Below, piece by piece: positions 46,993 through 56,453 of a stretch of DNA of 64,000 nt; the stretch's first letter is position 1; each line of letters begins with the position of its first letter. Source of the stretch: a virus (Duplodnaviria; Caudoviricetes). Location of the stretch: the IMG/VR virus record IMGVR_UViG_3300028025_000089. One strand, 5' to 3'. Below the pieces are notes generated by a model. That model saw only the letters and a list, made by a program, of their open reading frames with translations, was not told the DNA's origin and ran no database searches. A program made the position numbers and the translations under genes.

Positions 46993-48237
46993 ATGAAAAT
47001 ATTTGTTCAAATCGCGTCGTATCGCGACCCTCAGCTTATACCAACAATAGAAAATATGTTGGAGAATGCCAAAAGACCAAAAAACATTGTAATTGGTGTG
47101 GCAAGACAATTTCATCCTGAAGATGGTTTTGATGATCTATCCAAGTATGAAAAAGATAAAAGATTTAGAATCCTAAATATTCCTTACACAGAATCAAAAG
47201 GAGTTTGTTGGGCAAGACATCAAGTTCAACAACTATATGGTGGTGAAGAATATACCCTTCAGATCGACTCTCACATGAGATTTGAAAAGAATTGGGATGA
47301 CGAAATGATTAAAATGATTAAACAACTTCAAAAGAAAGGTCATAAGAAACCTTTATTAACGGGGTATGTTTCATCTTTTGATCCTGAAAACGATCCTGCA
47401 GGTAGAGTTACTGAACCATGGAGAATGGTTTTTGATAGATTCACTCCTGAAGGTGTTGTATTCTTTTTACCTGAAACTATTCCAGGTTGGAAAGAAATGA
47501 AAGAACCAATTCCGGCAAGATTCTATTCTGCACATTATTGTTTTACGTTAGGTGAATTTTCAACCGAAGTTCAACATGATCCTGAATTTTATTTTCACGG
47601 AGAAGAAATTTCAATTTCAGTAAGAGCATATACTCACGGTTATGATTTATTCCACCCACATAAAGTTCTTGTATGGCACGAATATACAAGAAAAGGTAGA
47701 ACAAAACAATGGGACGATGATAAAGAATGGCATTTAAGAAATACCGCATGTCATATTAAAAACAGACAACTTTTAGGAGTTGATGGTGAAACGTTTAATG
47801 GTGATTACTCTGAATGGTTTGGAACTGAAAGAACCGTTCAAGATTACGAAAAATATGCTGGTATTCGTTTTGAAACAAGAGGGATTCAACAAGAAACAAT
47901 AGATAAAAAATATCCACCAAACACATATAATTTTGAAACCGAACAAGATTGGAAAAATTCATTCTCAACAATTTTCAAACATTGTATTGATATAAACTAT
48001 GTTAGTGTTCCTGAAAAAGATTATGAATATTGGGTAGTTGCTTTCCACGATGAAAATGACGAAACATTATATAGAAGAGATGCCGACATTAATGAAATCA
48101 ACGGATTCTTCAGAGACCCTGATGGGTATTGTAAAGTGTGGAGAGAATTCAACACAACTAAAAAACCTAAGTATTGGGTTGTATGGCCTTACTCAACTTC
48201 TAAAGGATGGTGTGATCGATTAACAGGAAATTTATAA
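46993..48237 (+). CDS. GT60-family polypeptide/hydroxyproline N-acetylglucosaminyltransferase-like protein
   Basis: IFVQIASYRD, SKGVCWAR, LQIDSHMRF (DSH motif), FHGEE, AYTHGYDLFHP. Confidence 0.85.
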   Translation: MKIFVQIASYRDPQLIPTIENMLENAKRPKNIVIGVARQFHPEDGFDDLSKYEKDKRFRILNIPYTESKGVCWARHQVQQLYGGEEYTLQIDSHMRFEKNWDDEMIKMIKQLQKKGHKKPLLTGYVSSFDPENDPAGRVTEPWRMVFDRFTPEGVVFFLPETIPGWKEMKEPIPARFYSAHYCFTLGEFSTEVQHDPEFYFHGEEISISVRAYTHGYDLFHPHKVLVWHEYTRKGRTKQWDDDKEWHLRNTACHIKNRQLLGVDGETFNGDYSEWFGTERTVQDYEKYAGIRFETRGIQQETIDKKYPPNTYNFETEQDWKNSFSTIFKHCIDINYVSVPEKDYEYWVVAFHDENDETLYRRDADINEINGFFRDPDGYCKVWREFNTTKKPKYWVVWPYSTSKGWCDRLTGNL

Positions 48238-48241
48238 TAAC

Positions 48242-49819
48242 ATGGCAAATATTTCGTTTTACGGTTCCCACAATGCCGCTGTAGTTGTGGAGGATCAAGG
48301 AAAAATTATTACAGTAATAGAGGTAGAAAGATTTTTAACTCAAAAAAATGCAGGTTATTCACAATATTTAGTATCATATTCAAGACCTTTTTTATTAAAA
48401 CATATTATACAATATATTAAAGATGAGTTTGGTATTTCTGAATTTGATAAATGTTATTACTTAAATTCTGATACGGTAGAAGGATCTGAAAAAGTTCATT
48501 ATCAAGAATTAATACCAGCAAAAGAATACATCAATTCATTACACCATTTAAGTCATGCTGCTTGCGGATTCTATCAAACGGATTATAATGAAGCGTTAAT
48601 CATTTCTTTTGATGGTGGAGGTAATGACGGGTTCTTCAATGTTTATCACGCTGAAGATAGAAATAACATAAATGTAGTTGAGAAATTCAATATTGATTTA
48701 GGATTTCCATATATGTCATTTGGTGATTACTTGGGTGACATTACAAAAGAACCGGCACTTAATATTGGTAATTTAGTTTATGCAGGAAAAATAATGGGTC
48801 TTTGTTCGTATGGAAATGTGAACGAAGAATGGTTACCACATTTTGAGGAATACTATAGAAGAAAACCAGATGGTTTAAATTACTTACAATACCTACAAGA
48901 ACTTAGTGAACAAACAGGTTTATCATTTGATATGGAAAATCGAATGTCAGGTCAGTTAGGGTGGGATGTTGCTAAGACATCACAAATTGCATTTGAGAAT
49001 GTTTTTATGGAATTGGCTCAACCGTTTTTAGATCAATTCCCTAATATTCCTTTGATTCTTGTTGGTGGATGTGCGTTAAATATCTTGTTAAACACAAAAT
49101 TACACCAAGAACTTAATAGACCTGTGTTTGTTCCACCAAATCCTAATGATTGTGGAATTGCAACAGGTATGATGTTAAATCACATTAAACCTGAAAAGGC
49201 AATTGATATTACTTATGCGGGTATTGGTATTTTAGACAAACACACATTAATGTCTCATGTAGAAGAACGACACGCTCTTCCTCTTAAAACTGAAATGTTA
49301 GTTGATGATTTAGTAGATGGTAGAATTGTTGGGGTTGTCAGAGGTAATGCCGAACATGGACCAAGAGCTTTAGGAAATAGAAGTATTATTTGTAATCCAG
49401 CCTACGAAAACATGAAAGACATTTTAAATGCAAAAGTAAAAAATAGAGAGTGGTATAGACCATTTGCGCCTGTTTGTAAATTAGAAGATGTATCTAAATA
49501 TTTTAATTTCGAAGGTGAGAGTAAATGGATGGGATTTTGCCCAACGGTAAAAGAAGAATGGAGAGAAAAATTAGTTTCAATTACACATGTTGACGGGACT
49601 GCGAGAGTTCAAACAGTTACAGAAGAACAAAATCCTTGGTTATATAATTTATTAACCGAATTTGAGAAAAAATCAGGAATTGGTGTTTTATTAAACACAT
49701 CTTTCAATGTAAACGGAAAACCAATTCTTTCTCGATATAGTGATGCGATTTGGGTTTATGATAAAACAGAAATGGATTGTCTTTTATTAGGTGATTATTA
49801 TTTTAGAAAAAGAGCATGA
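48242..49819 (+). CDS. Carbamoyltransferase (NodU/CmcH/TobZ family)
   Basis: HHLSHA, DGGG, GKIMGL, GGCALN, PNDCG, GPRALGNRSI, REWYRPFAP, HVDGTARVQTV, LNTSFN. Confidence 0.95.
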   Translation: MANISFYGSHNAAVVVEDQGKIITVIEVERFLTQKNAGYSQYLVSYSRPFLLKHIIQYIKDEFGISEFDKCYYLNSDTVEGSEKVHYQELIPAKEYINSLHHLSHAACGFYQTDYNEALIISFDGGGNDGFFNVYHAEDRNNINVVEKFNIDLGFPYMSFGDYLGDITKEPALNIGNLVYAGKIMGLCSYGNVNEEWLPHFEEYYRRKPDGLNYLQYLQELSEQTGLSFDMENRMSGQLGWDVAKTSQIAFENVFMELAQPFLDQFPNIPLILVGGCALNILLNTKLHQELNRPVFVPPNPNDCGIATGMMLNHIKPEKAIDITYAGIGILDKHTLMSHVEERHALPLKTEMLVDDLVDGRIVGVVRGNAEHGPRALGNRSIICNPAYENMKDILNAKVKNREWYRPFAPVCKLEDVSKYFNFEGESKWMGFCPTVKEEWREKLVSITHVDGTARVQTVTEEQNPWLYNLLTEFEKKSGIGVLLNTSFNVNGKPILSRYSDAIWVYDKTEMDCLLLGDYYFRKRA

Positions 49820-50703
49820 AAACAAAATTAGTAACTGCGTTTTATACTGATATTATTGGGTTTCCTTTTTTTGGTCACGAGTCCTTTGCAAGACATGAAC
49901 GTTATTTACATTCATTAAGAACTTTAAACAATATGAATACAGAAATTGTTTGTTATTGTAATGACACTCAATATGATTTAATGACCAAATATTGTGAAGA
50001 ATTTAATTTGACTAATGTAACGATTAAGATTTCAAACCTTAGAGATTATCCAAAAACAAATAGAATGTTAGAATTAAAAAGATCTAACGATCAATTTAAT
50101 TTTTATCATGAAGTTGATTGGAATAAGTTATATCTTCTTTCTAAAGAGTATGATGAATTTTATGATTATATTTATTGGATTGACTGTGGTTTATCTCACC
50201 GTGGTTTATTCACTTTAAAATACAATCCACACTCCGATAAAATTACAGGTTTATCAAGAGATTGGGAAAACTATTCATTCACAAATATATTTTGTCCTGA
50301 ATTATTTCCAAAGATAAATAATTGGGTAGGTGATAAATTAATCAATTTGGCAAACACTATGTTTTCCCACAACCCAAACGAAATTAGATCTGTTTATAAA
50401 AATAACAACGATTACAAACACATGTCAGTTGGTGGTATTTTAGGGGGACACATTTCAAAATTAAATTGGTTCATAGAACAATTTGATAGAATAAGTGATA
50501 TAAGTTTAAATGAAAATTTTATATTAAATCACGAAGGTATGATAACAGATTTAGAGTTTGAAAATCCTGAAATGTTTAAAACTTATAGTTTTGACACTTG
50601 GTATCATGATGACTTTTGGCTTACAACACCGATTTTCGATAGAGAATCAATTAAAAATAAAACACACTTCGTTCATTTTTTTGAAAAGGAGTTAGGAATT
50701 TAA
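49816..50703 (+). CDS. HtrL/WlaTC-like glycosyltransferase
   Basis: KLVTAFY, YIYWIDCG, VGGILGG, E-G near the C-terminus. Confidence 0.6.
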   Translation: MKTKLVTAFYTDIIGFPFFGHESFARHERYLHSLRTLNNMNTEIVCYCNDTQYDLMTKYCEEFNLTNVTIKISNLRDYPKTNRMLELKRSNDQFNFYHEVDWNKLYLLSKEYDEFYDYIYWIDCGLSHRGLFTLKYNPHSDKITGLSRDWENYSFTNIFCPELFPKINNWVGDKLINLANTMFSHNPNEIRSVYKNNNDYKHMSVGGILGGHISKLNWFIEQFDRISDISLNENFILNHEGMITDLEFENPEMFKTYSFDTWYHDDFWLTTPIFDRESIKNKTHFVHFFEKELGI

Positions 50704-50712
50704 AAATTAAAT

Positions 50713-53091
50713 ATGGAAGATTTTTTTGATAAGGTATTACACTATTATGGCAGAAAGGGCCAAAAACTATTTATGATCAACATTGGTGCCATGGACGGTG
50801 TTATGTTTGATAGTATGAGCGGTTATGCTCAAATATACAATTCAGATGTATTATATGTTGAACCAATGAAACCTCATTTTGAAAGATTGGTAGAACATAA
50901 AAGTAATAACCCTGGAAATAAATTTGAAAATTCGGCGATTAGCGATTTCAATGGGACTATTACTATGAAAACAATTCCAATTGAGGTTGTTGACGAAGGT
51001 TTAGTTCATCCTGCTTTTTATGGTATGAGTGTGATTGATCCTACTAAAAATGGTATGGGTAGTGAAGGTGACAGAGAGGTTGTTGAAAAATATGCCGTTG
51101 ATGTTGAGGTAAATTGCATCACATGGGATACTCTTGTTCAAAGACACAATATAGAACATTTTGATGTGTTGTCAGTGGATACTGAAGGACATGATTATAC
51201 AATTTTTAAACAAATTGATTTACAAAAATTTAGACCTAGTCTGATTAGATTAGAGTGGTGTAATATGACTGATGAAGAAAAAACTAACATTACAAATAAA
51301 TTTACAGATGCTGGATATGTTTATGAAATATTAGGTAATATGGATATTGATGCAATTAGAAAAGATGTTTACGATGAAATAGAATTATCTTTAAATCCTG
51401 TAAAACCAAAAGAAGAAAAATCAAAATCAAGACTTACCATTGTTACTGGTTTATGGAACATTAAAAGAGAAGAATTAAGTGAAGGTTGGTCAAGATCTTA
51501 TGAACACTACTTAGAAAAATTTTCACAGTTATTAGATACATCTTGTAATATGATAATTTTTGGTGATTCAGAATTAGAAAGTTTTGTTTTTTCTAAAAGA
51601 AGTCATGAAAACACACAATTTATTAATAGACCACAATCGTGGTTCAAAGGAGAATTCTATGATAAAATTCAAGAAATTAGAACAAATCCTGAATGGTATA
51701 ATTTGGCAGGTTGGTTAAAAGACTCCACACAGGCTAAATTAGAAATGTATAATCCGCTTGTAATGTCAAAAATGTTTTTATTACACGATGCGGTTATATT
51801 AGATAAATTTGATTCTCAAAAATTATTTTGGTTAGATGCTGGAATTACAAACACAGTGAATCCAGGTTATTTCACACATGATAAAGTTTTAGATAAGGTG
51901 GAAAATTTATTTGATCGTTTCACATTTGTTGCATTCCCTTACGAAGCAGACAAAGAGATTCATGGATTTGATATTGACGCAATGACCGAAATGGTTGGTC
52001 AAAGAGTTAATAAAGTTTGTCGTGGAGGTTTCTTTGGTGGATCTAAACCAATGATTAGAGAAATGAACACTCTATATTACGACTTAATGAAAACTACTTT
52101 AAGTAGAGGTCTTATGGGAACTGAAGAAAGTTTGTTTTCAATTATGACATATACAAACCCAAACAATATTGATTATGTAGAAATTGAGTCTAATGGGTTA
52201 TTATATAAGTTTTTTGAGGACGTTAAAAACAATAATGTAGAAATTAAAAGTTTTAGAAAGGGAACCCCAACCAAAGTTAGAAATGGAGATGTTGGTTTAT
52301 ATGTAATTACATTCAACAGTCCTAAACAATTTGAGACGTTAATTAATTCTATGTATGCTTATGATGAAGATTTTATTCATAAAACAAAGAAATTTTTATT
52401 AGACAACTCAACTGATTTATCTACCACACCAAAATATTTGGAACTGTGTGAAAAATATGGTTTTGAACACATCAAGAAAGATAATATAGGTATTACGGGA
52501 GGTCGTGTGTTTGTTGCCGAACATTTCCACGAATCAAATATGGATTACTATATGTTCTTCGAAGATGATATGTTTTTCTACAATGGACAAGATTTTACTT
52601 GTAAAAATGGGTTTATGAGAAAAACTAAAAATTTATACGAAAAAGTTTTACAAATTTCTAAAAAAGAAAATTTTGATTTCTTAAAATTTAACTTTACAGA
52701 ATTTTATGGTAGTCATGAAAAACAATGGGCGTGGTATAATGTTGATCAAGAGTATAGAAATACTATTTGGCCTGATAACCCAAAACTTCCTGTAAACGGT
52801 CAAGATCCAAATGCTCCTTATTTAGAATATAAAAATATTAAATCATATGAAGGGACACCTTACGCCACGGGTGAAGTTTATTTATCAAATTGGCCGATAA
52901 TTTTATCTAAAGAAGGAAACTACAAATGTTATATTGAAACTAAATACACCTATCCTTACGAACAAACTTTAATGTCACATTGTTATAAAGAAATGAAGAA
53001 AGGAAAAATACATGCGGGAGTTCTTCTTATGACACCAACCGAACACGATCGTTTCGAGTTTTATGAAGGTGGGTTAAGAAAAGAATTTTAA
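50713..53091 (+). CDS. Fusion: FkbM methyltransferase + HtrL/WlaTC-like GT + GT-A-like domain
   Basis: INIGAMDG, YVEP, LSVDTEGHD; TIVTGLW, SKMFLL, FWLDAG, GGFFGG, GTEES; YMFFEDD. Confidence 0.75.
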   Translation: MEDFFDKVLHYYGRKGQKLFMINIGAMDGVMFDSMSGYAQIYNSDVLYVEPMKPHFERLVEHKSNNPGNKFENSAISDFNGTITMKTIPIEVVDEGLVHPAFYGMSVIDPTKNGMGSEGDREVVEKYAVDVEVNCITWDTLVQRHNIEHFDVLSVDTEGHDYTIFKQIDLQKFRPSLIRLEWCNMTDEEKTNITNKFTDAGYVYEILGNMDIDAIRKDVYDEIELSLNPVKPKEEKSKSRLTIVTGLWNIKREELSEGWSRSYEHYLEKFSQLLDTSCNMIIFGDSELESFVFSKRSHENTQFINRPQSWFKGEFYDKIQEIRTNPEWYNLAGWLKDSTQAKLEMYNPLVMSKMFLLHDAVILDKFDSQKLFWLDAGITNTVNPGYFTHDKVLDKVENLFDRFTFVAFPYEADKEIHGFDIDAMTEMVGQRVNKVCRGGFFGGSKPMIREMNTLYYDLMKTTLSRGLMGTEESLFSIMTYTNPNNIDYVEIESNGLLYKFFEDVKNNNVEIKSFRKGTPTKVRNGDVGLYVITFNSPKQFETLINSMYAYDEDFIHKTKKFLLDNSTDLSTTPKYLELCEKYGFEHIKKDNIGITGGRVFVAEHFHESNMDYYMFFEDDMFFYNGQDFTCKNGFMRKTKNLYEKVLQISKKENFDFLKFNFTEFYGSHEKQWAWYNVDQEYRNTIWPDNPKLPVNGQDPNAPYLEYKNIKSYEGTPYATGEVYLSNWPIILSKEGNYKCYIETKYTYPYEQTLMSHCYKEMKKGKIHAGVLLMTPTEHDRFEFYEGGLRKEF

Positions 53092-53097
53092 TTCAAG

Positions 53098-53104
53098 TAT
53101 TTAT
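53098..53104 (+). promoter_or_regulatory. Putative late promoter TATTTAT
   Basis: 13 nt upstream of ATG at 53118. Confidence 0.55.
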
Positions 53105-53117
53105 TGAAAAATGCTAA

Positions 53118-53624
53118 ATGGAATTTTTCATTAAGAAAGGTGCGACCCTTCCTGTTTTAAAAATCAACGTTATTAAAGACGGTAGATCTGACTATGATAG
53201 AACTATGCGGTATTTAGAAGAGACCGACATATTTTTTTCTATGGTCGATACTGAAACAGGTATACCAAAGTTTACATCAAGACCTGCGGGTGTGATGAAA
53301 AAAGAACAATTAAATACAAACCTTCAAACGGAGTATTATGTTTATTATCAATTCACACCTAACGACACAAAAAAAGTTGCAAGATACAAAGGTCAATTTC
53401 TTTTTAGAAATGAAACAGGTTATTTAATACTTCCTTTAAATCAAGAAATATATGTAAATGTTACTGATAGTTTTATAATAAATGATTTTGAATATCAAAG
53501 TTGTTATGTTGTAGATTTTCCTTGTTGTAAATCACAACCTGTTCCACCACCAATTCCTCCAATACCAACAACCACAACATCAACCATACCAACAACCACA
53601 ACATCAACCATAACCGGTTTATAA
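53118..53624 (+). CDS. BppU-N-like baseplate/fibre-attachment protein, paralog 1, with Pro/Thr tail
   Basis: FFIKKGATLP, VYYQFTPNDT, YKGQF; PPPIPPIPTTTT tail. Confidence 0.55.
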   Translation: MEFFIKKGATLPVLKINVIKDGRSDYDRTMRYLEETDIFFSMVDTETGIPKFTSRPAGVMKKEQLNTNLQTEYYVYYQFTPNDTKKVARYKGQFLFRNETGYLILPLNQEIYVNVTDSFIINDFEYQSCYVVDFPCCKSQPVPPPIPPIPTTTTSTIPTTTTSTITGL

Positions 53625-53644
53625 TACTAAATGGTCTTTTGTTG

Positions 53645-53652
53645 TATTTATA
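53645..53652 (+). promoter_or_regulatory. Putative late promoter TATTTATA
   Basis: 12 nt upstream of ATG at 53665. Confidence 0.55.
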
Positions 53653-53664
53653 GAAAAAGATTAA

Positions 53665-54468
53665 ATGGAATTTACTATAGGTCAAAACTCTACGCTCCCT
53701 CTTTTAAAATTACAGGTTGTAAAGGATGGGATCAGTGATTACGAGTCCATGATGAATTTTATTGAAACCTCATCGATATTTTTTTCGATGACAAACATTG
53801 AGACTGGTGTTTTAAAAATAAATGCTAAGGCAGCAAGTTTTGTTGAAAAATTAGAGTTAAACCCAAATGCTAGTCCTGAGTATTACGTTTATTATAAATT
53901 CACACCTCAAGATACAAACAAAGTTGGAAGATATGAAGGTCAGTTTGTTTTTATAAATGAAACAGGAACATTAGTATTACCAATTAGAGAAAAGTTATAT
54001 ATTAATATACTTGAAAGTTATATGTCAAATGATTTGGTATATAATAATTGTTATGTTTTGGATTATAGATGTTGTGTAACACCTTTCCCAACAAACACAC
54101 CAAGTCAAACTCCATATCCTATTTTGAGTATGACCCCTACTCAAACACCTACTCAAACACCTACACCAACAGTAACACCTACAAACACATCCACACCTAC
54201 AGTAACACCTACAAACACATCCACACCTACTCAAACATTAACACCAACGGTAACACCAACAAATACATTTACGTCCACCCAAACGGTAACACCAACAAAT
54301 ACTCAAACAGTAACACCAACAAATACTCAAACAGTAACACCAACTCAAACACCTACCCCAACTCCAACACCAACTCAAACACCAGCGGTCGTTGTATTAA
54401 TCAATCCAATAATAACCGAAAATGATGAATATATTATCGTTGGTAATAATGAATATTTAAAATTTTAA
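53665..54468 (+). CDS. BppU-N-like protein, paralog 2, with long Pro-Thr repeat
   Basis: First ~135 aa align by eye with 53118..53624; [10 protein letters not shown] and TPTNTQTV repeats at about 54128-54385. Confidence 0.6.
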   Translation: MEFTIGQNSTLPLLKLQVVKDGISDYESMMNFIETSSIFFSMTNIETGVLKINAKAASFVEKLELNPNASPEYYVYYKFTPQDTNKVGRYEGQFVFINETGTLVLPIREKLYINILESYMSNDLVYNNCYVLDYRCCVTPFPTNTPSQTPYPILSMTPTQTPTQTPTPTVTPTNTSTPTVTPTNTSTPTQTLTPTVTPTNTFTSTQTVTPTNTQTVTPTNTQTVTPTQTPTPTPTPTQTPAVVVLINPIITENDEYIIVGNNEYLKF

Positions 54469-54471
54469 AAC

Positions 54472-54479
54472 TATTTATA
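54472..54479 (+). promoter_or_regulatory. Putative late promoter TATTTATA
   Basis: 12 nt upstream of ATG at 54492. Confidence 0.55.
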
Positions 54480-54491
54480 AAATAAAAAACT

Positions 54492-56348
54492 ATGGCACTA
54501 ACAGGTAAAACAATTGGAGAATTAGAATATCTACAATTCCCAACAAATGAAACTTTAATTCCAGTACAATATATTGGGGACACTTATCATATTACATTTT
54601 CTTCGATAACATATAACGAAGGGACATATGCACAGTTTGTTGCAGAAGCAGGAGCCGGTGTTCTTACACCAGGTAGATTTTATTTGATGACAGATTATCA
54701 GGCCATTTATGACCAACCTAACTATGATAATTTCAAAACTCCCATCTTTACAGGTAACAGTATGACAGGTATTACCGAACCATTATTATTACTTGCAATA
54801 TCAGAAACGCAGTTTTCACCTACGGTATATTCAACATTATATCCTCAAGATCAAATAACATATGATATAACTTGGAATACGACTGAAATCTCAAGCACAC
54901 CAGCAAAAGGTAGGATTACAGAAAGAATTGACATATACAACAACAGAACAGACTACGATCATAGAAATATTTTATTTAAAAGATATCGCGGGTATTCATA
55001 TGATCAAAATAATCCACTGAGTGGTCTTGTAGGGATAAGTGGTATAACAGGAAATACTGGTGTATTATATGGAAACACAGGAACAACATTTAATTCAAAC
55101 TTATTTGTTGGAAGTTATATTGCGGTGAGAAATTTAAATCCATATATTTTTGAAGTTATTTCAGTTGAGAGTGATTCTCTTGCTACAATATCAGGTGTAA
55201 CTATAAGTGAAACTAATGACTCATCTTATTATTACGGAAATGACGATGGGATAATGAGTTATTACCAAGCAAATGTAAGACAAGATTTAGTTTATGAATA
55301 CACAACATTTGGTGATGCCATTGATGATAATGGTGCTGTAAATAATTATGTTGGTAATTACTCAAATCTTTATTTATACGAAGGGGTTGGAAACTTTTTA
55401 TTGGCAAATAATGTATTCTTAGTGGGTGCTTACAGAAACAACACTATTGGTGACGGATCTCGTAATAATACATTTAACGATGATTGTTATGATAACCAAA
55501 TAGGGTCTAATTTTTATAACAACTCCACAAATGATGATTTTGATAGTAATATAATCGGTGATAATTTCCGTGACAATTTTATTACCGCTAATTTCCAACG
55601 AAACAGAATTGGTTATAATTTTTATGATAATATTTTAACAGGATCTGATTTTTACAGAAACAATATCGGAAATGATTTTAATGGAAATGTTTGTAATAAC
55701 AACGACTTTCAAAATAATGAGATAGGAAATCAATTTAACAATAATGAAATTTATAATAATTTTTATAAAAATGACATAGGTAATGGTTATAACGGTAACA
55801 ATATCTACAGTGATTTTTATGGTAATTTGATTGGGAACGGATATAATAATAATACTATTTATACGAGTTTTAGAGATAATGTAATTGGTGATTATTTTGA
55901 TAATAACACAATTGGTGACAATACAAACATCGGAGGATTTTCGTTTTATTTAAATAATATCGGGTATTACTTCCAAAGTAACATTATATTAGGAACCTTT
56001 GCCTATAATGAAATAGGTAGTAATTTCCAAAATAATAATATTGGTGACGGATTTGGGTTTGGGATTTCTACAAGTCAAGGAAATAAAATAGGAAATTATT
56101 TTTACAATAATATAATCGGTGAATATTTTTATAATAATGTGATTGCAGATGGATTTTATTTTAACACAGTAGTTGATTTTTTCCAATTAAATGATGTAAA
56201 ATTTTCATTATTTTCTACCGATTTTAGCACATCAACATATGTTTATGGTGACTATAATTGCACTTTATTTAAAAACTCGGTATTATCCCCAAGACTTTCT
56301 TACTTTGACGGGTCGGATACTTTGATGGTAGTTAATGTGACCGATTAA
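54492..56348 (+). CDS. Putative tail fibre/spike with Asn-ladder beta-solenoid
   Basis: About 9-residue N-x-IG-x-x-F-x-x repeats over roughly 55400-56180. Confidence 0.65.
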   Translation: MALTGKTIGELEYLQFPTNETLIPVQYIGDTYHITFSSITYNEGTYAQFVAEAGAGVLTPGRFYLMTDYQAIYDQPNYDNFKTPIFTGNSMTGITEPLLLLAISETQFSPTVYSTLYPQDQITYDITWNTTEISSTPAKGRITERIDIYNNRTDYDHRNILFKRYRGYSYDQNNPLSGLVGISGITGNTGVLYGNTGTTFNSNLFVGSYIAVRNLNPYIFEVISVESDSLATISGVTISETNDSSYYYGNDDGIMSYYQANVRQDLVYEYTTFGDAIDDNGAVNNYVGNYSNLYLYEGVGNFLLANNVFLVGAYRNNTIGDGSRNNTFNDDCYDNQIGSNFYNNSTNDDFDSNIIGDNFRDNFITANFQRNRIGYNFYDNILTGSDFYRNNIGNDFNGNVCNNNDFQNNEIGNQFNNNEIYNNFYKNDIGNGYNGNNIYSDFYGNLIGNGYNNNTIYTSFRDNVIGDYFDNNTIGDNTNIGGFSFYLNNIGYYFQSNIILGTFAYNEIGSNFQNNNIGDGFGFGISTSQGNKIGNYFYNNIIGEYFYNNVIADGFYFNTVVDFFQLNDVKFSLFSTDFSTSTYVYGDYNCTLFKNSVLSPRLSYFDGSDTLMVVNVTD

Positions 56349-56365
56349 AAATATTAAAATTTTAG

Positions 56366-56396
56366 TTGATAAGAGTATTTTTTACTCCTATATTTA
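56366..56396 (+). promoter_or_regulatory. Host-type promoter TTGATA-N17-TATATTTA upstream of the DNA polymerase
   Basis: -35 at 56366-56371, -10 at 56389-56394; same geometry as the 12.4 kb and 20.8 kb promoters. Confidence 0.6.
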
Positions 56397-56453
56397 TTTA
56401 CGAAGGTAAATGCCGACCTAATTCGGTAGCTAATACACCAAAAGTAAATAACT

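Noticed and set aside
26114-54425. Antisense or off-frame ORFs over Pro-Thr tracts (26114, 26640, 26838, 54025, 54069)
   Set aside because: Shadows of low-complexity repeats
54492-56348. Diversity-generating retroelement target (AAT/AAC-rich)
   Set aside because: No reverse transcriptase and no TR/VR pair differing at adenines in the window
56420-56445. SAM-II-like GTAGCTAA in the polymerase leader
   Set aside because: The complementary upstream segment and P1 stem of SAM-II are absent
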